From: Alphaproteobacteria bacterium
Lineage (GTDB): Bacteria > Pseudomonadota > Alphaproteobacteria > RF32 > CAG-239
DNA length: 64,000 nt
Assembly (NCBI GenBank): GCA_017528205.1
Contig: JAFXPE010000032.1
Span: 145,986-209,985, forward strand
Reading direction: 5' to 3'
The notes beneath the pieces are model-generated. The model saw only the letters and a list, made by a program, of their open reading frames with translations, was not told where the DNA came from and searched no databases. The translations under genes and the position numbers were made by a program. The first letter of the stretch is position 1; the number at the start of each line of letters is the position of its first letter. Positions 1 through 10,069 of the stretch are shown here, one piece after another.

Positions 1-1100
1 CGGTAGAAATTAACTGCCACGGCTCAAAGGCTGTAATTCGTAGTATTATCAATAGCTTAAGTACACTAACGAACTTTCGCACCGCCGAGCCGGGTGAATA
101 TTCCAAACGCGCATTTTATAACGGCAAAATGGACTTAACTGCGGCTGACGGCTTGGCAGATTTGATTGATGCCGAAACCTCGATGCAGCAAAAAACAGCG
201 TTACGCCAAATGGGTGGAACACTGCTCACGCTGTATGATTCGTGGCGTGAACAGCTTGTTTCTTTGTTGGCTTATGTTGAGGCCTACATTGATTTTCCGG
301 ACGAGGATATCCCGCAAGACACTGTTTTTAAAATCGAAAACAGCGTTTTTAAAATTGCTGAAGAAATTTCGCGGCATATCAACGATAATAAAATTGAAGA
401 ACGTTTGCGCGACGGCTTCAATGTGGTTATTTCCGGACCGGTTAATGCCGGCAAGTCCAGTCTGATTAACGCCATTGTCAACCGTAATGTGGCGATTGTT
501 TCCGATATTGCCGGCACAACTCGCGATGTTATAGATGCTTATGTCGATATTAATGGTTTTCCGGTAATTTTTTCCGATACGGCCGGTTTGCGTGAAACTG
601 AAGACAGTATCGAACTTTTGGGCATAAATCTGGCACGAGAAAAAATCGCCGCGGCCGACTTTAATATTTTTATTTTTGATGCTTCAACCACTTCACCGGA
701 AATTTTTGACAGTCGTTTGACGGCTGAAAAAAACAGTTTGCTGGTGGCTAATAAAGCCGATAAAATATCCGAGGCGCAAAAGGCGGAGTTGATAAATAAG
801 GGATGTGTCCTGATTTCGGCCAAAAACAATGAGAATGTCAGCCAAATAACCGACGCTTTGTATAAATATTTCAGCGAATTATTCGCCGACAGCTCAAGCC
901 ATTTAATTACACGGCATCGCTACAAAGAAGCCTTAAATGAGTGCCTCGATAACCTCAAACGCTTTAATTTGCAAAAAGAGATTGAATTGGCTGCCGAAGA
1001 TATCCGTTTGGCGGCACGAGCAATCGGTAAAATCACCGGCAGAGTTGAAGTTGAGGAAATTCTGGATAAGATTTTCAGTAGTTTTTGTATTGGAAAATAA
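1..1100 (+). CDS. mnmE: tRNA modification GTPase MnmE (TrmE), 5'-truncated by window edge
   Basis: ORF 129..1100 contains a G-domain (VVISGPVNAGKSSLINAIV, DTAGLRE, NKAD) and the C-terminal CIGK motif typical of MnmE. About 120 N-terminal residues expected from family length are missing upstream of the window. Confidence 0.9.
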   Translation, partial: VEINCHGSKAVIRSIINSLSTLTNFRTAEPGEYSKRAFYNGKMDLTAADGLADLIDAETSMQQKTALRQMGGTLLTLYDSWREQLVSLLAYVEAYIDFPDEDIPQDTVFKIENSVFKIAEEISRHINDNKIEERLRDGFNVVISGPVNAGKSSLINAIVNRNVAIVSDIAGTTRDVIDAYVDINGFPVIFSDTAGLRETEDSIELLGINLAREKIAAADFNIFIFDASTTSPEIFDSRLTAEKNSLLVANKADKISEAQKAELINKGCVLISAKNNENVSQITDALYKYFSELFADSSSHLITRHRYKEALNECLDNLKRFNLQKEIELAAEDIRLAARAIGKITGRVEVEEILDKIFSSFCIGK

Positions 1101-1114
1101 CACTGTATTTAAAT
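1099..1114 (+). repeat. oriented 15-17 bp motif copy 1 (AACACTGTATTTAAAT), intergenic mnmE-mnmG
   Basis: Matches recurrent motif RAACAGTGTATTTAAAA; see findings. Confidence 0.5.
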
Positions 1115-1181
1115 AAATTGAATCAATTTTTTAACATCGTCGGCTAAGATTCTGAATCGACTCATTAAATTTTTTCGCTCT

Positions 1182-1198
1182 GAACAGTGTATTTAAAT
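1182..1198 (+). repeat. oriented motif copy 2 (GAACAGTGTATTTAAAT), intergenic mnmE-mnmG
   Basis: Same motif, same orientation, 83 bp from copy 1. Confidence 0.5.
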
Positions 1199-1270
1199 GT
1201 TTTAGGTTAGCTTTTTAATTGCATTTTACTTTAAGTTGTGGTTTATTGTCTGCAAACAAAAGAGGCTTAT

Positions 1271-3118
1271 ATGATACAGAAAACGGATGTAATAGTGGTC
1301 GGCGGCGGTCATGCCGGATGCGAGGCGGCCGCGGCGGCTGCGCGAATGGGCGCGCACACGGTTTTGGTAACCCATAAAATTGATAAAATCGGCGAAATGT
1401 CGTGCAATCCGGCCATCGGCGGTTTGGGAAAAGGCCATCTGGTGCGTGAAATCGATGCGCTGGACGGATTGATGGCGCGGGTTATTGATAAAGCCGGCAT
1501 ACAATTCAGAATGCTCAATCTTTCCAAAGGTCCGGCCGTAAGAGGGCCGCGTGCACAGGCCGACCGCGATTTGTATCGTAAATATATGTTGGAGGCGCTG
1601 TCGAAAACGCCCGATTTAACCATCAAAGAAGCCGCGGTTGAGGGCTTGCTTTTGGATAATAACGTTATCAGCGGAGTGATTTTGGCTGATGGCACGGAAC
1701 TTTATGCTTCGGCGGTGGTGCTGACAACCGGAACTTTTTTGAACGGCATAATGTTTACCGGTCACGTTACCAGTGAAGGCGGACGTGTCGGCGATGAGGC
1801 TTGCAAAGGAATTACCCCGTATCTTAAACAAGTGGGGCTGACGTTGGGGCGCCTGAAAACCGGAACTCCGGCTAGGTTGAACGGCGATACAATCAACTGG
1901 GATATTTTAGAGCGCCAGGCCGGAGATGAATATCCGCAACCGTTTTCGTTTTTAACCCAAGAAATTGAAAATCCGCAAATCGAATGCGGAATTAGCTATA
2001 CAAATGAATCAACACATAAAATTATTCGCGAAAACTTTTCAAAATGCGCACTTTTTTCCGGTTTGATTACCGGCCGCGGGCCGCGTTATTGCCCGAGTAT
2101 TGAAGATAAATTGGTGCGTTTTGCCGACCGTACTTCACATCAAATCTTTTTGGAGCCGGAAGGATATAACACCAACGTGGTTTATCCGAACGGAATTTCT
2201 ACCTCGTTGCCGGCCGATGTGCAAGATGCGTTTATCCATACCATGAAAGGGTTGGAAGATGTGGAAATTTTGCGCTATGCTTATGCCATAGAATACGATT
2301 ATGTTGATCCGCGCGAGTTGGACCATTGTTTGGCGGTTAAAAAAGTAAAAGGACTTTATTTGGCCGGACAAATCAACGGTACCACCGGATATGAAGAAGC
2401 GGCGGCGCAAGGTTTGGTAGCCGGTGTTAATGCCGCGTTGTTTGCTCAAGGTGAGGGCAGGGAGTTTTACATTGACCGTAGTCAAGGCTATATCGGCGTG
2501 ATGATTGATGATTTGATTACCAAAGGCATCGACGAGCCGTATCGTATGTTTACTTCGCGCTCGGAATATCGTCTGTTGTTGCGTGCCGACAATGCGGATA
2601 TGCGCCTAACCGAGCTGGGACACGAAATCGGCTGTGTCAGCGCCGACAGATACAGTGTATTTAAACGCAAACAGGCCGCAATAGCCGATTTTGATGAATA
2701 TTGTCGCCATAAAATCGTACCGTTTGCAGAGATTGAAAAACAGGGCTTGAGTGTTAAACACAACGGCAAAAAATGTTTAAAAGATGTGATGAGTTATCCG
2801 AATGTTTCACGTGAAACAATGCTGAAAATAGACTCTAAAATCAATGAGGTAGATTCGCAAATTTATGAACAGGTTGAGATTGATGCTAAGTATTCCGGCT
2901 ATTTAAAGCGCGAGTACGAGGATATTGCCGTGTTTAAAAAAGACGAGAATCTTAAAATTCGTGATGACATAGATTATGCTAAAATCGGCGGTCTTTCTAC
3001 TGAAATGGTGCAGCGCTTTTCAACCGTCAGACCGAAAACCATCGGTGAGGCCTCGCGCATAACCGGAGTGACACCGGCGGCGGTAACCGCTTTATTGGGG
3101 TATATTAAAAATGCTTAA
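1271..3118 (+). CDS. mnmG: tRNA uridine 5-carboxymethylaminomethyl modification enzyme MnmG (GidA)
   Basis: FAD-binding N-terminus [14 protein letters not shown] and full-length GidA-like ORF. Start set at ATG 1271 preceded by an AAGAGG SD; ORF track starts at 1238. Confidence 0.95.
   Translation: MIQKTDVIVVGGGHAGCEAAAAAARMGAHTVLVTHKIDKIGEMSCNPAIGGLGKGHLVREIDALDGLMARVIDKAGIQFRMLNLSKGPAVRGPRAQADRDLYRKYMLEALSKTPDLTIKEAAVEGLLLDNNVISGVILADGTELYASAVVLTTGTFLNGIMFTGHVTSEGGRVGDEACKGITPYLKQVGLTLGRLKTGTPARLNGDTINWDILERQAGDEYPQPFSFLTQEIENPQIECGISYTNESTHKIIRENFSKCALFSGLITGRGPRYCPSIEDKLVRFADRTSHQIFLEPEGYNTNVVYPNGISTSLPADVQDAFIHTMKGLEDVEILRYAYAIEYDYVDPRELDHCLAVKKVKGLYLAGQINGTTGYEEAAAQGLVAGVNAALFAQGEGREFYIDRSQGYIGVMIDDLITKGIDEPYRMFTSRSEYRLLLRADNADMRLTELGHEIGCVSADRYSVFKRKQAAIADFDEYCRHKIVPFAEIEKQGLSVKHNGKKCLKDVMSYPNVSRETMLKIDSKINEVDSQIYEQVEIDAKYSGYLKREYEDIAVFKKDENLKIRDDIDYAKIGGLSTEMVQRFSTVRPKTIGEASRITGVTPAAVTALLGYIKNA
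2650..2666 (+). repeat. oriented motif copy 3 (ATACAGTGTATTTAAAC) inside mnmG
   Basis: Motif match within coding sequence. Confidence 0.5.
2803..2818. promoter_or_regulatory. parS centromere site TGTTTCACGTGAAACA inside mnmG
   Basis: Perfect 16-bp palindromic consensus parS. Encodes NVSRET, the classic location of parS within gidA. Confidence 0.85.
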
Positions 3119-3956
3119 AATTCAGCCGTATTCATATCATAACCATACAGTTTTTTCCGATGGTCATAATACGTTGGAGGAAATGGTGGCGGCAGCCAAA
3201 AAAATCGGCTTTACCGAAATGGGTGTCAGCGACCACTTGATTGTGCATAAAAATATGAAGCGCGACGTAAGTTGGCCGATGTTACGCGGTTGTGATGCGC
3301 CGCACGTATATAACGATGATTTTAAATCCATTCTTGATGCTTATAAATATCATTGCGAACATATCCGCCGCGTCGCCCGAAAAGAAAATTTTAAATTGTA
3401 TGTCGGGTTTGAGGTTGACTATTTTCCTTATGACGGTTGGTTGGAAGAATTTAAGTGGTTTGTTTCGCAACTTGATTATGATTATCTGCAAACCGGCAAC
3501 CACTTTTTTTGTGAAGAAAATTGCACCGACATAATTAATATGACTTTCTTCAAAAAAGTTTGTCCGGACACTTCTTTATATAAGGAATATGTCCGCCGCC
3601 ATTTTGAGGTTATGCGTCAGGCGGTAGAAACCGGAATGTTTAAATTTTTGGCACATATTGATTATGTGCGCAAATACGGTCCCGAAGTCTATGATATTGA
3701 TGACTTTGCGGCGGAAAAAGATAGAATTATCGATGCCTTGTTGCGTACCGGTACGGCGATGGAAATTAGCACCAAAGGATTGCGTAAAATCGGAGATTTT
3801 TATCCGGACGACAAACTTATAACCAAAGCGGCCGACAAGGGTGTAACTTTTATAGTCAGCGACGATGCCCATAAAACAGAAGAACTTGGTGCCGACTTTG
3901 ACAAGGCGGAAGCCGTGTTGGCTAAACACCATATCACAAAAATTTTGAAATTTTAG
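3111..3956 (+). CDS. PHP-domain phosphoesterase (histidinol-phosphatase family)
   Basis: N-terminal [11 protein letters not shown] ... GVSDHL metal-binding motifs typical of the PHP/HisJ family. Confidence 0.7.
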   Translation: MLKIQPYSYHNHTVFSDGHNTLEEMVAAAKKIGFTEMGVSDHLIVHKNMKRDVSWPMLRGCDAPHVYNDDFKSILDAYKYHCEHIRRVARKENFKLYVGFEVDYFPYDGWLEEFKWFVSQLDYDYLQTGNHFFCEENCTDIINMTFFKKVCPDTSLYKEYVRRHFEVMRQAVETGMFKFLAHIDYVRKYGPEVYDIDDFAAEKDRIIDALLRTGTAMEISTKGLRKIGDFYPDDKLITKAADKGVTFIVSDDAHKTEELGADFDKAEAVLAKHHITKILKF

Positions 3957-4028
3957 ATTGTAGTTAATAACCGTTATATTTTGTTGCAAAATAAAAAGAA
4001 TCTTTCATACTATCCTCAAGAGGAAAAT

Positions 4029-4655
4029 ATGAATATAGAAAATGAATTACAACAATATAATGTTTCACGTGAAACATTGCAAAAATTGCAAGATTTTGTT
4101 GCGTTGCTGCAAGAATGGAATGCCAAAATGAATTTAGTCAGCAAAAAGTCGCTGGAAGATGTTTGGCAACGGCACGTTTTAGATTCTATACAACTTGTGA
4201 AATATTTGCCGCAAAATCCGCGGTGTTTGGTCGATATCGGTAGTGGCGCCGGATTTCCGGGAATCGTACTGGCTATCGTCTTACAAGAGAAGTTTCCGGA
4301 AGCTAAAGTGATTTTAGTGGAAAGCATTACTAAAAAAACGGTGTATTTAAAAGATGTGTGCACTAAATTAGGTTTAACTAACACCACGGTTGAAAATAGC
4401 CGAATCGAAAATATTTCCATTAAAAATGTTGATGTAATTACCGCTCGTGCCGTGGCCGCGTTGGATATGCTGTGTTTGTATGCTTTTGATTTGGCAACAA
4501 AAAATACACGTATGCTGTTTTTGAAAGGGCGTTCATACACTGATGAGGTTACAGCTGCCGAGCAAAAGTGGAAATTTAATCTTCAGGTATATCCGAATTT
4601 ATACAGTTCGGATGGTGTTGTTTTGGAATTAAGCAATTTAAGGAAAATCAAATGA
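4029..4655 (+). CDS. rsmG: 16S rRNA (guanine527-N7)-methyltransferase RsmG (GidB)
   Basis: VDIGSGAGFPGIVLAI SAM-binding motif and gidA-gidB-parAB synteny. Start chosen at ATG 4029; the ORF track start 3981 is upstream. Confidence 0.9.
   Translation: MNIENELQQYNVSRETLQKLQDFVALLQEWNAKMNLVSKKSLEDVWQRHVLDSIQLVKYLPQNPRCLVDIGSGAGFPGIVLAIVLQEKFPEAKVILVESITKKTVYLKDVCTKLGLTNTTVENSRIENISIKNVDVITARAVAALDMLCLYAFDLATKNTRMLFLKGRSYTDEVTAAEQKWKFNLQVYPNLYSSDGVVLELSNLRKIK
4061..4076. promoter_or_regulatory. parS centromere site TGTTTCACGTGAAACA inside rsmG
   Basis: Second perfect parS, again encoding NVSRET near the N-terminus of GidB. Confidence 0.85.
4336..4353 (+). repeat. oriented motif copy 4 (AAACGGTGTATTTAAAAG) inside rsmG
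   Basis: Motif match; read in a different codon frame (TVYLK) from the copies that encode SVFK. Confidence 0.5.
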
Positions 4656-5419
4656 AAATAATTTCAATTGCCAACCGTAAAGGGGGCGTGGGCAAAACCA
4701 CCACAACCATAAACATTGCAACTGCTTTGTCGGCAATCAATAAAAAAGTTTTGGTTATCGACTTTGATCCGCAGGGCAATGCGACAACCTCGTTGGGAAT
4801 TGCCAAGAAAAAGGGACAATTTTCATCTTATAACGTGCTGACACAGAGTTGCTCGGTTGCGGAGGCTATTATCCATACGGATATGCCGCGCTTTGACCTT
4901 ATCCCGTCATCGCCGGATTTGGCGGCAGCCGAAGTCGAACTGGTTAACTTGGAAAACCGCGAATTTGTGTTGAAAAATGCCTTAAGTCGGTTGGATAATC
5001 TGTATGATTATATTCTGATAGATTGTCCGCCATCGCTTAATTTGATAACCATCAACGCCTTGGTCAGCTCCAATTCGGTGATTGTGCCGTTGCAATGCGA
5101 ATTTTTGGCCCTAGAGGGCTTGGCCGATTTGATAAAAAATATCAATGCCATCAAGCGTAACTTTAATTCGGCATTGGCTTTACAAGGAATTATCCTGACT
5201 ATGTTCAGTAAGCAAAATAACTTAAGTAAGTTGATTGAGGCCGATGTGCGTAAATATTTCGGTGATAAGGTATACAGAACCGTAATTCCGAGATGTGTGC
5301 GCATTGCCGAAGCTCCATCCTTCGGCAAGCCGATACTGGTGTACGATTTTAAGAGTACCGGAGCACAGGCATATATTGAATTGGCGAAAGAATTTTTAAA
5401 ACGAGAAAAGGAGATGTAA
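4652..5419 (+). CDS. parA: chromosome partitioning ATPase ParA
   Basis: Deviant Walker A KGGVGKTTT, ParA-family length, directly upstream of parB. Confidence 0.9.
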   Translation: MKIISIANRKGGVGKTTTTINIATALSAINKKVLVIDFDPQGNATTSLGIAKKKGQFSSYNVLTQSCSVAEAIIHTDMPRFDLIPSSPDLAAAEVELVNLENREFVLKNALSRLDNLYDYILIDCPPSLNLITINALVSSNSVIVPLQCEFLALEGLADLIKNINAIKRNFNSALALQGIILTMFSKQNNLSKLIEADVRKYFGDKVYRTVIPRCVRIAEAPSFGKPILVYDFKSTGAQAYIELAKEFLKREKEM

Positions 5420-6307
5420 ATGAACGCTATTAACAAAATGGGCCGCGGATTAGAGGCTTTGTTAGGTGATGACGAACTTAATCTTGATGACGTGAAAGAT
5501 GTGGAAAATTTTGTAAATAACACTGTATTTAAAACTGAAAACAGTAACGAGGTTAAGGTTACGGATATTCGCCCTTGTGCTTTTCAGCCGCGAACCAATT
5601 TTGACGGCGAGGCTTTGCAGTCGCTGTGCGATTCCATTAAAGAAAAGGGAATTTTACAACCGCTTTTGGTGCGTTCCAAGAACGGTAAATACGAATTGAT
5701 TGCCGGCGAACGCCGTTGGCGGGCTGCGCAAATGGCCGGCTTGGAGAGAGTGCCGGTAATCATTAAAGAATTGTCAGACCAAGAAACTCTGGAAATTGCC
5801 TTAATTGAAAATTTGCAGCGCGAAAATCTGTCGGCCATCGAAGAAGCCGAAGGCTTGAATCGCCTGATGCATGAATATGAATACACGCAAGATGTTTTGG
5901 GTAAGGTTATCGGCAAGTCACGCAGTTACATTGCCAACAGCCTGCGTTTGCTAAGCTTGCCGGAAGAAGTGCGACGTATGATTGCGGAAAATAAGTTATC
6001 TGCCGGACATGCCAGAGCGTTGGTTGGATTGCCGAATGCCGTAGAATTGGCAAAGCGAATTATTGCTAAAGGTTTGAGTGTACGTCAAACCGAACAGTTA
6101 ATTGCTGATTTGAAAAACAAAAAAACACGCAAATTGGCCGAAAAAATTATGGATGCCGACCTGAACAAAATTATTGCTGATCTAGAACAAAAATTGCAGC
6201 TTAAAGTCAAAATAAATGCTGGTCAAAACGGAAAAGGTAGTGTAACATTAAAATACAATAATCCGGCGGAACTTAGTTCTATTCTGGATATTTTGGAACA
6301 ACGCTAA
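5420..6307 (+). CDS. parB: chromosome partitioning protein ParB
   Basis: ParB box GERRWRAA and HTH region; follows parA with one stop-start junction. Confidence 0.9.
   Translation: MNAINKMGRGLEALLGDDELNLDDVKDVENFVNNTVFKTENSNEVKVTDIRPCAFQPRTNFDGEALQSLCDSIKEKGILQPLLVRSKNGKYELIAGERRWRAAQMAGLERVPVIIKELSDQETLEIALIENLQRENLSAIEEAEGLNRLMHEYEYTQDVLGKVIGKSRSYIANSLRLLSLPEEVRRMIAENKLSAGHARALVGLPNAVELAKRIIAKGLSVRQTEQLIADLKNKKTRKLAEKIMDADLNKIIADLEQKLQLKVKINAGQNGKGSVTLKYNNPAELSSILDILEQR
5519..5535 (+). repeat. oriented motif copy 5 (AACACTGTATTTAAAAC) inside parB N-terminal region
   Basis: 27-nt stretch ACACTGTATTTAAAACTGAAAACAGTA is about 24/27 identical to mnmE 318..344. Confidence 0.5.
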
Positions 6308-6326
6308 AAACAAACTGGAGACTAAA

Positions 6327-6572
6327 ATGCCAACCATATTAGAGATGATGCTAGAAAATTGCAAAAAAGCCGGTTATTACCCGACACAAAACATAGAAAA
6401 AATCGCTCGCGCCAAAAACATGATGTTCGGTGAGGGCGAATGGCGCCGTTGTCCGTGTGACGGTCAAAATGAAGAAAGATATTGTATTTCCGAGCTTTGT
6501 CGCAGCGATATCGAACGCGACGGAATTTGTCATTGTCGTTGCTATCAAAAAGCAAGTCCGGACAGCAAATAA
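6327..6572 (+). CDS. ferredoxin-thioredoxin reductase catalytic-subunit-like Cys-rich protein
   Basis: CPC ... C..C ... CHC cysteine arrangement (WRRCPCDGQ ... YCISELC ... GICHCRCY) resembles the FTR catalytic-chain signature; 81 aa. Confidence 0.55.
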   Translation: MPTILEMMLENCKKAGYYPTQNIEKIARAKNMMFGEGEWRRCPCDGQNEERYCISELCRSDIERDGICHCRCYQKASPDSK

Positions 6573-6597
6573 TTTTCGTTGAGGCCAAACGGGATAA

Positions 6598-9500
6598 ATG
6601 CGCAATCCGAAATTTATAAATTTGCGAGTGCACACCGCCTATTCTTTGTCTTTAGGCGCTATTCCGGTTCCGACTTTGGCACATAAGCTACACGATTTGA
6701 ATGTGCCGGCCTGTGCCATAACCGACCGCGGTAATCTGTTTGGCGGCAAGGCCTTTTCCAAATATGCCTCCGACGAGGGAATTAAGCCGATTCTCGGCTC
6801 GGAATTATGCTTGCACAATGACGATTCGGAAAATTTATCCATTTCCAAGGGCGTGGAATTGGAGCCGAACCGCATCATTTTGCTGGTGCAAAACGAGCAG
6901 GGCTATAAGTCTCTGATGAAGCTCTTTCGGCGCTATTATATGGATAATATGGAAAACAGCATATATCCGCAGATAAATATGGAAGATTTACGCCGGTTTA
7001 ACGAAGGACTGATTTGCTTTACCGGCGGATATGACGGGCCGATCGGCAAATTGATTTTGCAAAATCGCAAAGAAGACGCCGAAAAAAAAGTTTTGGCCTT
7101 AAAGGAAATATTCGGCAATCGGTTGTATATGGAAATTTCGCGCGTCGGCTATGATGAGGAGCAGGCAACCGAGGGTGCGTTTTTGGAAATGGCTTTCAAA
7201 CATGATATTCCGCTGGTGGCTACCAATGATGTATTCTTTTTTAACGAAGAAATGTATGAGGCGCACGATGCGCTGATTTGTATTGCCGCCGGCGAATATG
7301 TGGCTGATGACACGCGGCGTAAATATCTGCCGACGAACCGTTGGCGTAGCGAAGATGAAATGTGTGAGCTGTTTTCCGATATTCCGGAAGCTGTTGAAAA
7401 TACGGTATTAATTGCCGAAAGATGTAACTTTTTATCTAAAAAAATCGACCCGCTGTTGCCGATATTCATTTGTCCGGACGGCAAAACTCAAGATGAATTC
7501 ATTACCGAAGAAGCCTACAAGGGTTTACACGAGCGTATGGTAGCGCAGGTTTACACCCCGCAAACCACTCCGGAGGAGCGGCTGGCCATAGACGAAGAAT
7601 ATTATGCGCGTTTGGAATATGAGCTCGGTGTAATAAAGAAAATGGGCTTTCCGGGCTATTTTCTTATCGTGTCCGATTTTATCCGCTGGTCGAAAACTCA
7701 CGGTGTGCCGATTGGTCCGGGGCGTGGTTCCGGTGCCGGATCGATAGTTGCCTGGGCGCTGAAAATTACCGACTTGGACCCGATACGTCTGGATTTGCTG
7801 TTTGAGCGTTTCTTAAATCCGGAACGTGTCAATATGCCGGATTTCGACGTTGATTTGTGTCAGGAAAATCGCCATAAAACCATTGAGTACGTGCAGGAGA
7901 AATACGGCTATGACAAGGTAGCGCAAATCATCACTTACGGCAAGTTGCAATCAAAGGCGGTGATTCGTGATGTGGCACGCGTTTTGCAAATGCCGTACAG
8001 TCAGGCTGACGCTATTTCTAAAATGATACCGGCCGGTTCCGGCGGTAAAAATCCGACCTTGCCGGAAGCGTTGGAACAGGTGGCCGAGCTTCGCGAAATG
8101 CGTGATAAAGATCCTCAGGTAAATAAATTGTTTGAAATTGCCATTCAGCTGGAAGGCTTATACCGCAACTCCGGAATGCACGCCGCCGGTGTGGTTATCG
8201 GCGACCGTCCTCTTGACGAGCTGGTGCCGCTGTATAAAGATCCGCGAGCGGATATGCCGGTTACCCAATACGATATGAAGTTTGTAGAAGAAACCGGCCT
8301 GATTAAGTTCGACTTTTTGGGCTTGAAAACTTTAACCGTTATCAAGCGCGCGGTAGATTGGGTGCAAAAAGTTCACGGCATAGAGCTGAATATGGCGGAA
8401 GTTCCTTTGGATGACGAGCCGACATATAAATTGATGCAAGAGGGCAATACCGGTGCGGTATTCCAATTTGAATCGTCCGGTATGCGCGACGTGATGAAAC
8501 AAATTAAGCCGGACCGCTTTGAAGACCTAATCGCTATCATCGCACTTTATCGTCCGGGGCCGATGGATAATATTCCGACCTTTATCAATCGCAAGCACGG
8601 GCGTGAAGAAATAAAGTATGAGCACCCCGATTTGGCGCCGATATTGAATGAAACTTACGGTATTATGGTTTATCAAGAGCAAGTAATGAAAATTGCTCAA
8701 GTGCTGGGCGGATATACGCTCGGGCAGGCCGATAAACTGCGTAAGGTTATGGGTAAAAAATTGCGCGATGAAATTCCGCACCAACGCGAAATGTTCGTCA
8801 ACGGCGCCCTCAAAAACGGCATTGCCGAAGACACGGCCAAAACTATTTTTGACCAAATGGAAAAATTTGCTTCGTACGGATTTAACAAATCGCACGCCGC
8901 CGCATACTCGCTGATTTCGTACCAAACAGCGTATTTAAAAGCGCATTATCCGGTGGAATTTATGTGCGCGGTGATGGATTTTGATATTATCAACACCGAC
9001 AAAATCGCGCTTTATACCGACGAAGTGCACAAAATGGGCTTTAAAGTTTTGCCGCCGGATATTAATTATTCCAACGCACTTTTCAAGGTCGAAAACGGCA
9101 ACATTCGTTTTGCCTTGTCCGGGGTTAAGGGCGTGGGCGAAGCCAATATGAACGCGATTGTTGAAGAACGTGAAAAGAACGGTGTATTTAAAAGCCTTTC
9201 GGACTTTATTCATCGGGTTGACATTAAACAAATAAATCGCCGTCAGCTTGAACAGTTGATAAAATCCGGTGCATTTGATTGTTTGGATAAAAATCGTGCC
9301 AAATTATATGCCAACATAGACAGTATTTTGCGCCATATTGCCGCTGATTGCGAAATGAAAAACAGTGCGCAAACTTCGCTGTTTGGAACACAGGAATTGA
9401 GCGCGGACATTAAGTTGGACGGTAAGGCCAGCTGGGCCGATTTGGAACAGTTGCAATATGAAGCGGAAGCCATCGGCTTTTATTTATCGGCGCACCCGCT

Positions 9501-10068
9501 TGATGTTTATGCCGACAGCGTAGAGCGTTTGGGCATCAAAACTTTTAATGAGGCAATATCCGGGATGAAAGACGGTGATAAAATTCTGGCAAATTTGGCC
9601 GGTTGCGTACAATCCTTCAGCAAGCGTCAGGGCAAAAAGGGAATGTATGCCATATTGCGCGTATCAGACACAACATCAGCCTATGACGGTTTTGTGTTTG
9701 AGCGAGAATTACCGCAGGCACAGGCCGCAATTGCCGCCGGAGTACCGCTGTTTTTGCAAGCACGCATCGAAAAAAACGGAGATGACGCACCGCCGCGAAT
9801 TATTTTTAACACCGTGCGCACGCTTGATGAGGAAATCACGCAAAATTCCAAAGGTTTGATTATTGAAATTGCCGACGTTTCCGCGGTGCGCCCGATTAGA
9901 GAAATGCTCTCGCACGAACACTTCGGCCCGTATAAAATATATTTGAAACCGGATCTTGAAGATTGGAATGTCCGCATTCAACTTAAAAACAGTTATGCGT
10001 TGGATAACGGCCGCATAATGACCGATATTCGCGCCATTCCGGGAGTAACGTTGGTGAAGGAATTGTAA
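6598..10068 (+). CDS. dnaE: DNA polymerase III alpha subunit DnaE
   Basis: 1156 aa with a PHP N-terminus, the conserved YQTAYLKAHYP motif, and polymerase core motifs. Confidence 0.95.
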   Translation: MRNPKFINLRVHTAYSLSLGAIPVPTLAHKLHDLNVPACAITDRGNLFGGKAFSKYASDEGIKPILGSELCLHNDDSENLSISKGVELEPNRIILLVQNEQGYKSLMKLFRRYYMDNMENSIYPQINMEDLRRFNEGLICFTGGYDGPIGKLILQNRKEDAEKKVLALKEIFGNRLYMEISRVGYDEEQATEGAFLEMAFKHDIPLVATNDVFFFNEEMYEAHDALICIAAGEYVADDTRRKYLPTNRWRSEDEMCELFSDIPEAVENTVLIAERCNFLSKKIDPLLPIFICPDGKTQDEFITEEAYKGLHERMVAQVYTPQTTPEERLAIDEEYYARLEYELGVIKKMGFPGYFLIVSDFIRWSKTHGVPIGPGRGSGAGSIVAWALKITDLDPIRLDLLFERFLNPERVNMPDFDVDLCQENRHKTIEYVQEKYGYDKVAQIITYGKLQSKAVIRDVARVLQMPYSQADAISKMIPAGSGGKNPTLPEALEQVAELREMRDKDPQVNKLFEIAIQLEGLYRNSGMHAAGVVIGDRPLDELVPLYKDPRADMPVTQYDMKFVEETGLIKFDFLGLKTLTVIKRAVDWVQKVHGIELNMAEVPLDDEPTYKLMQEGNTGAVFQFESSGMRDVMKQIKPDRFEDLIAIIALYRPGPMDNIPTFINRKHGREEIKYEHPDLAPILNETYGIMVYQEQVMKIAQVLGGYTLGQADKLRKVMGKKLRDEIPHQREMFVNGALKNGIAEDTAKTIFDQMEKFASYGFNKSHAAAYSLISYQTAYLKAHYPVEFMCAVMDFDIINTDKIALYTDEVHKMGFKVLPPDINYSNALFKVENGNIRFALSGVKGVGEANMNAIVEEREKNGVFKSLSDFIHRVDIKQINRRQLEQLIKSGAFDCLDKNRAKLYANIDSILRHIAADCEMKNSAQTSLFGTQELSADIKLDGKASWADLEQLQYEAEAIGFYLSAHPLDVYADSVERLGIKTFNEAISGMKDGDKILANLAGCVQSFSKRQGKKGMYAILRVSDTTSAYDGFVFERELPQAQAAIAAGVPLFLQARIEKNGDDAPPRIIFNTVRTLDEEITQNSKGLIIEIADVSAVRPIREMLSHEHFGPYKIYLKPDLEDWNVRIQLKNSYALDNGRIMTDIRAIPGVTLVKEL
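8925..8940 (+). repeat. oriented motif copy 6 (AACAGCGTATTTAAAA) inside dnaE
   Basis: Motif match. Confidence 0.45.
9177..9194 (+). repeat. oriented motif copy 7 (GAACGGTGTATTTAAAAG) inside dnaE
   Basis: Motif match. Confidence 0.5.
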
Positions 10069-10069
10069 T

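Noticed and set aside
1110-1140. CtrA-like TTAA-N7 half sites and an IHF-like AATCAATTTTTTA in the mnmE-mnmG spacer
   Set aside because: Only partial matches in an AT-rich spacer; cannot be distinguished from chance without a genome-wide model.
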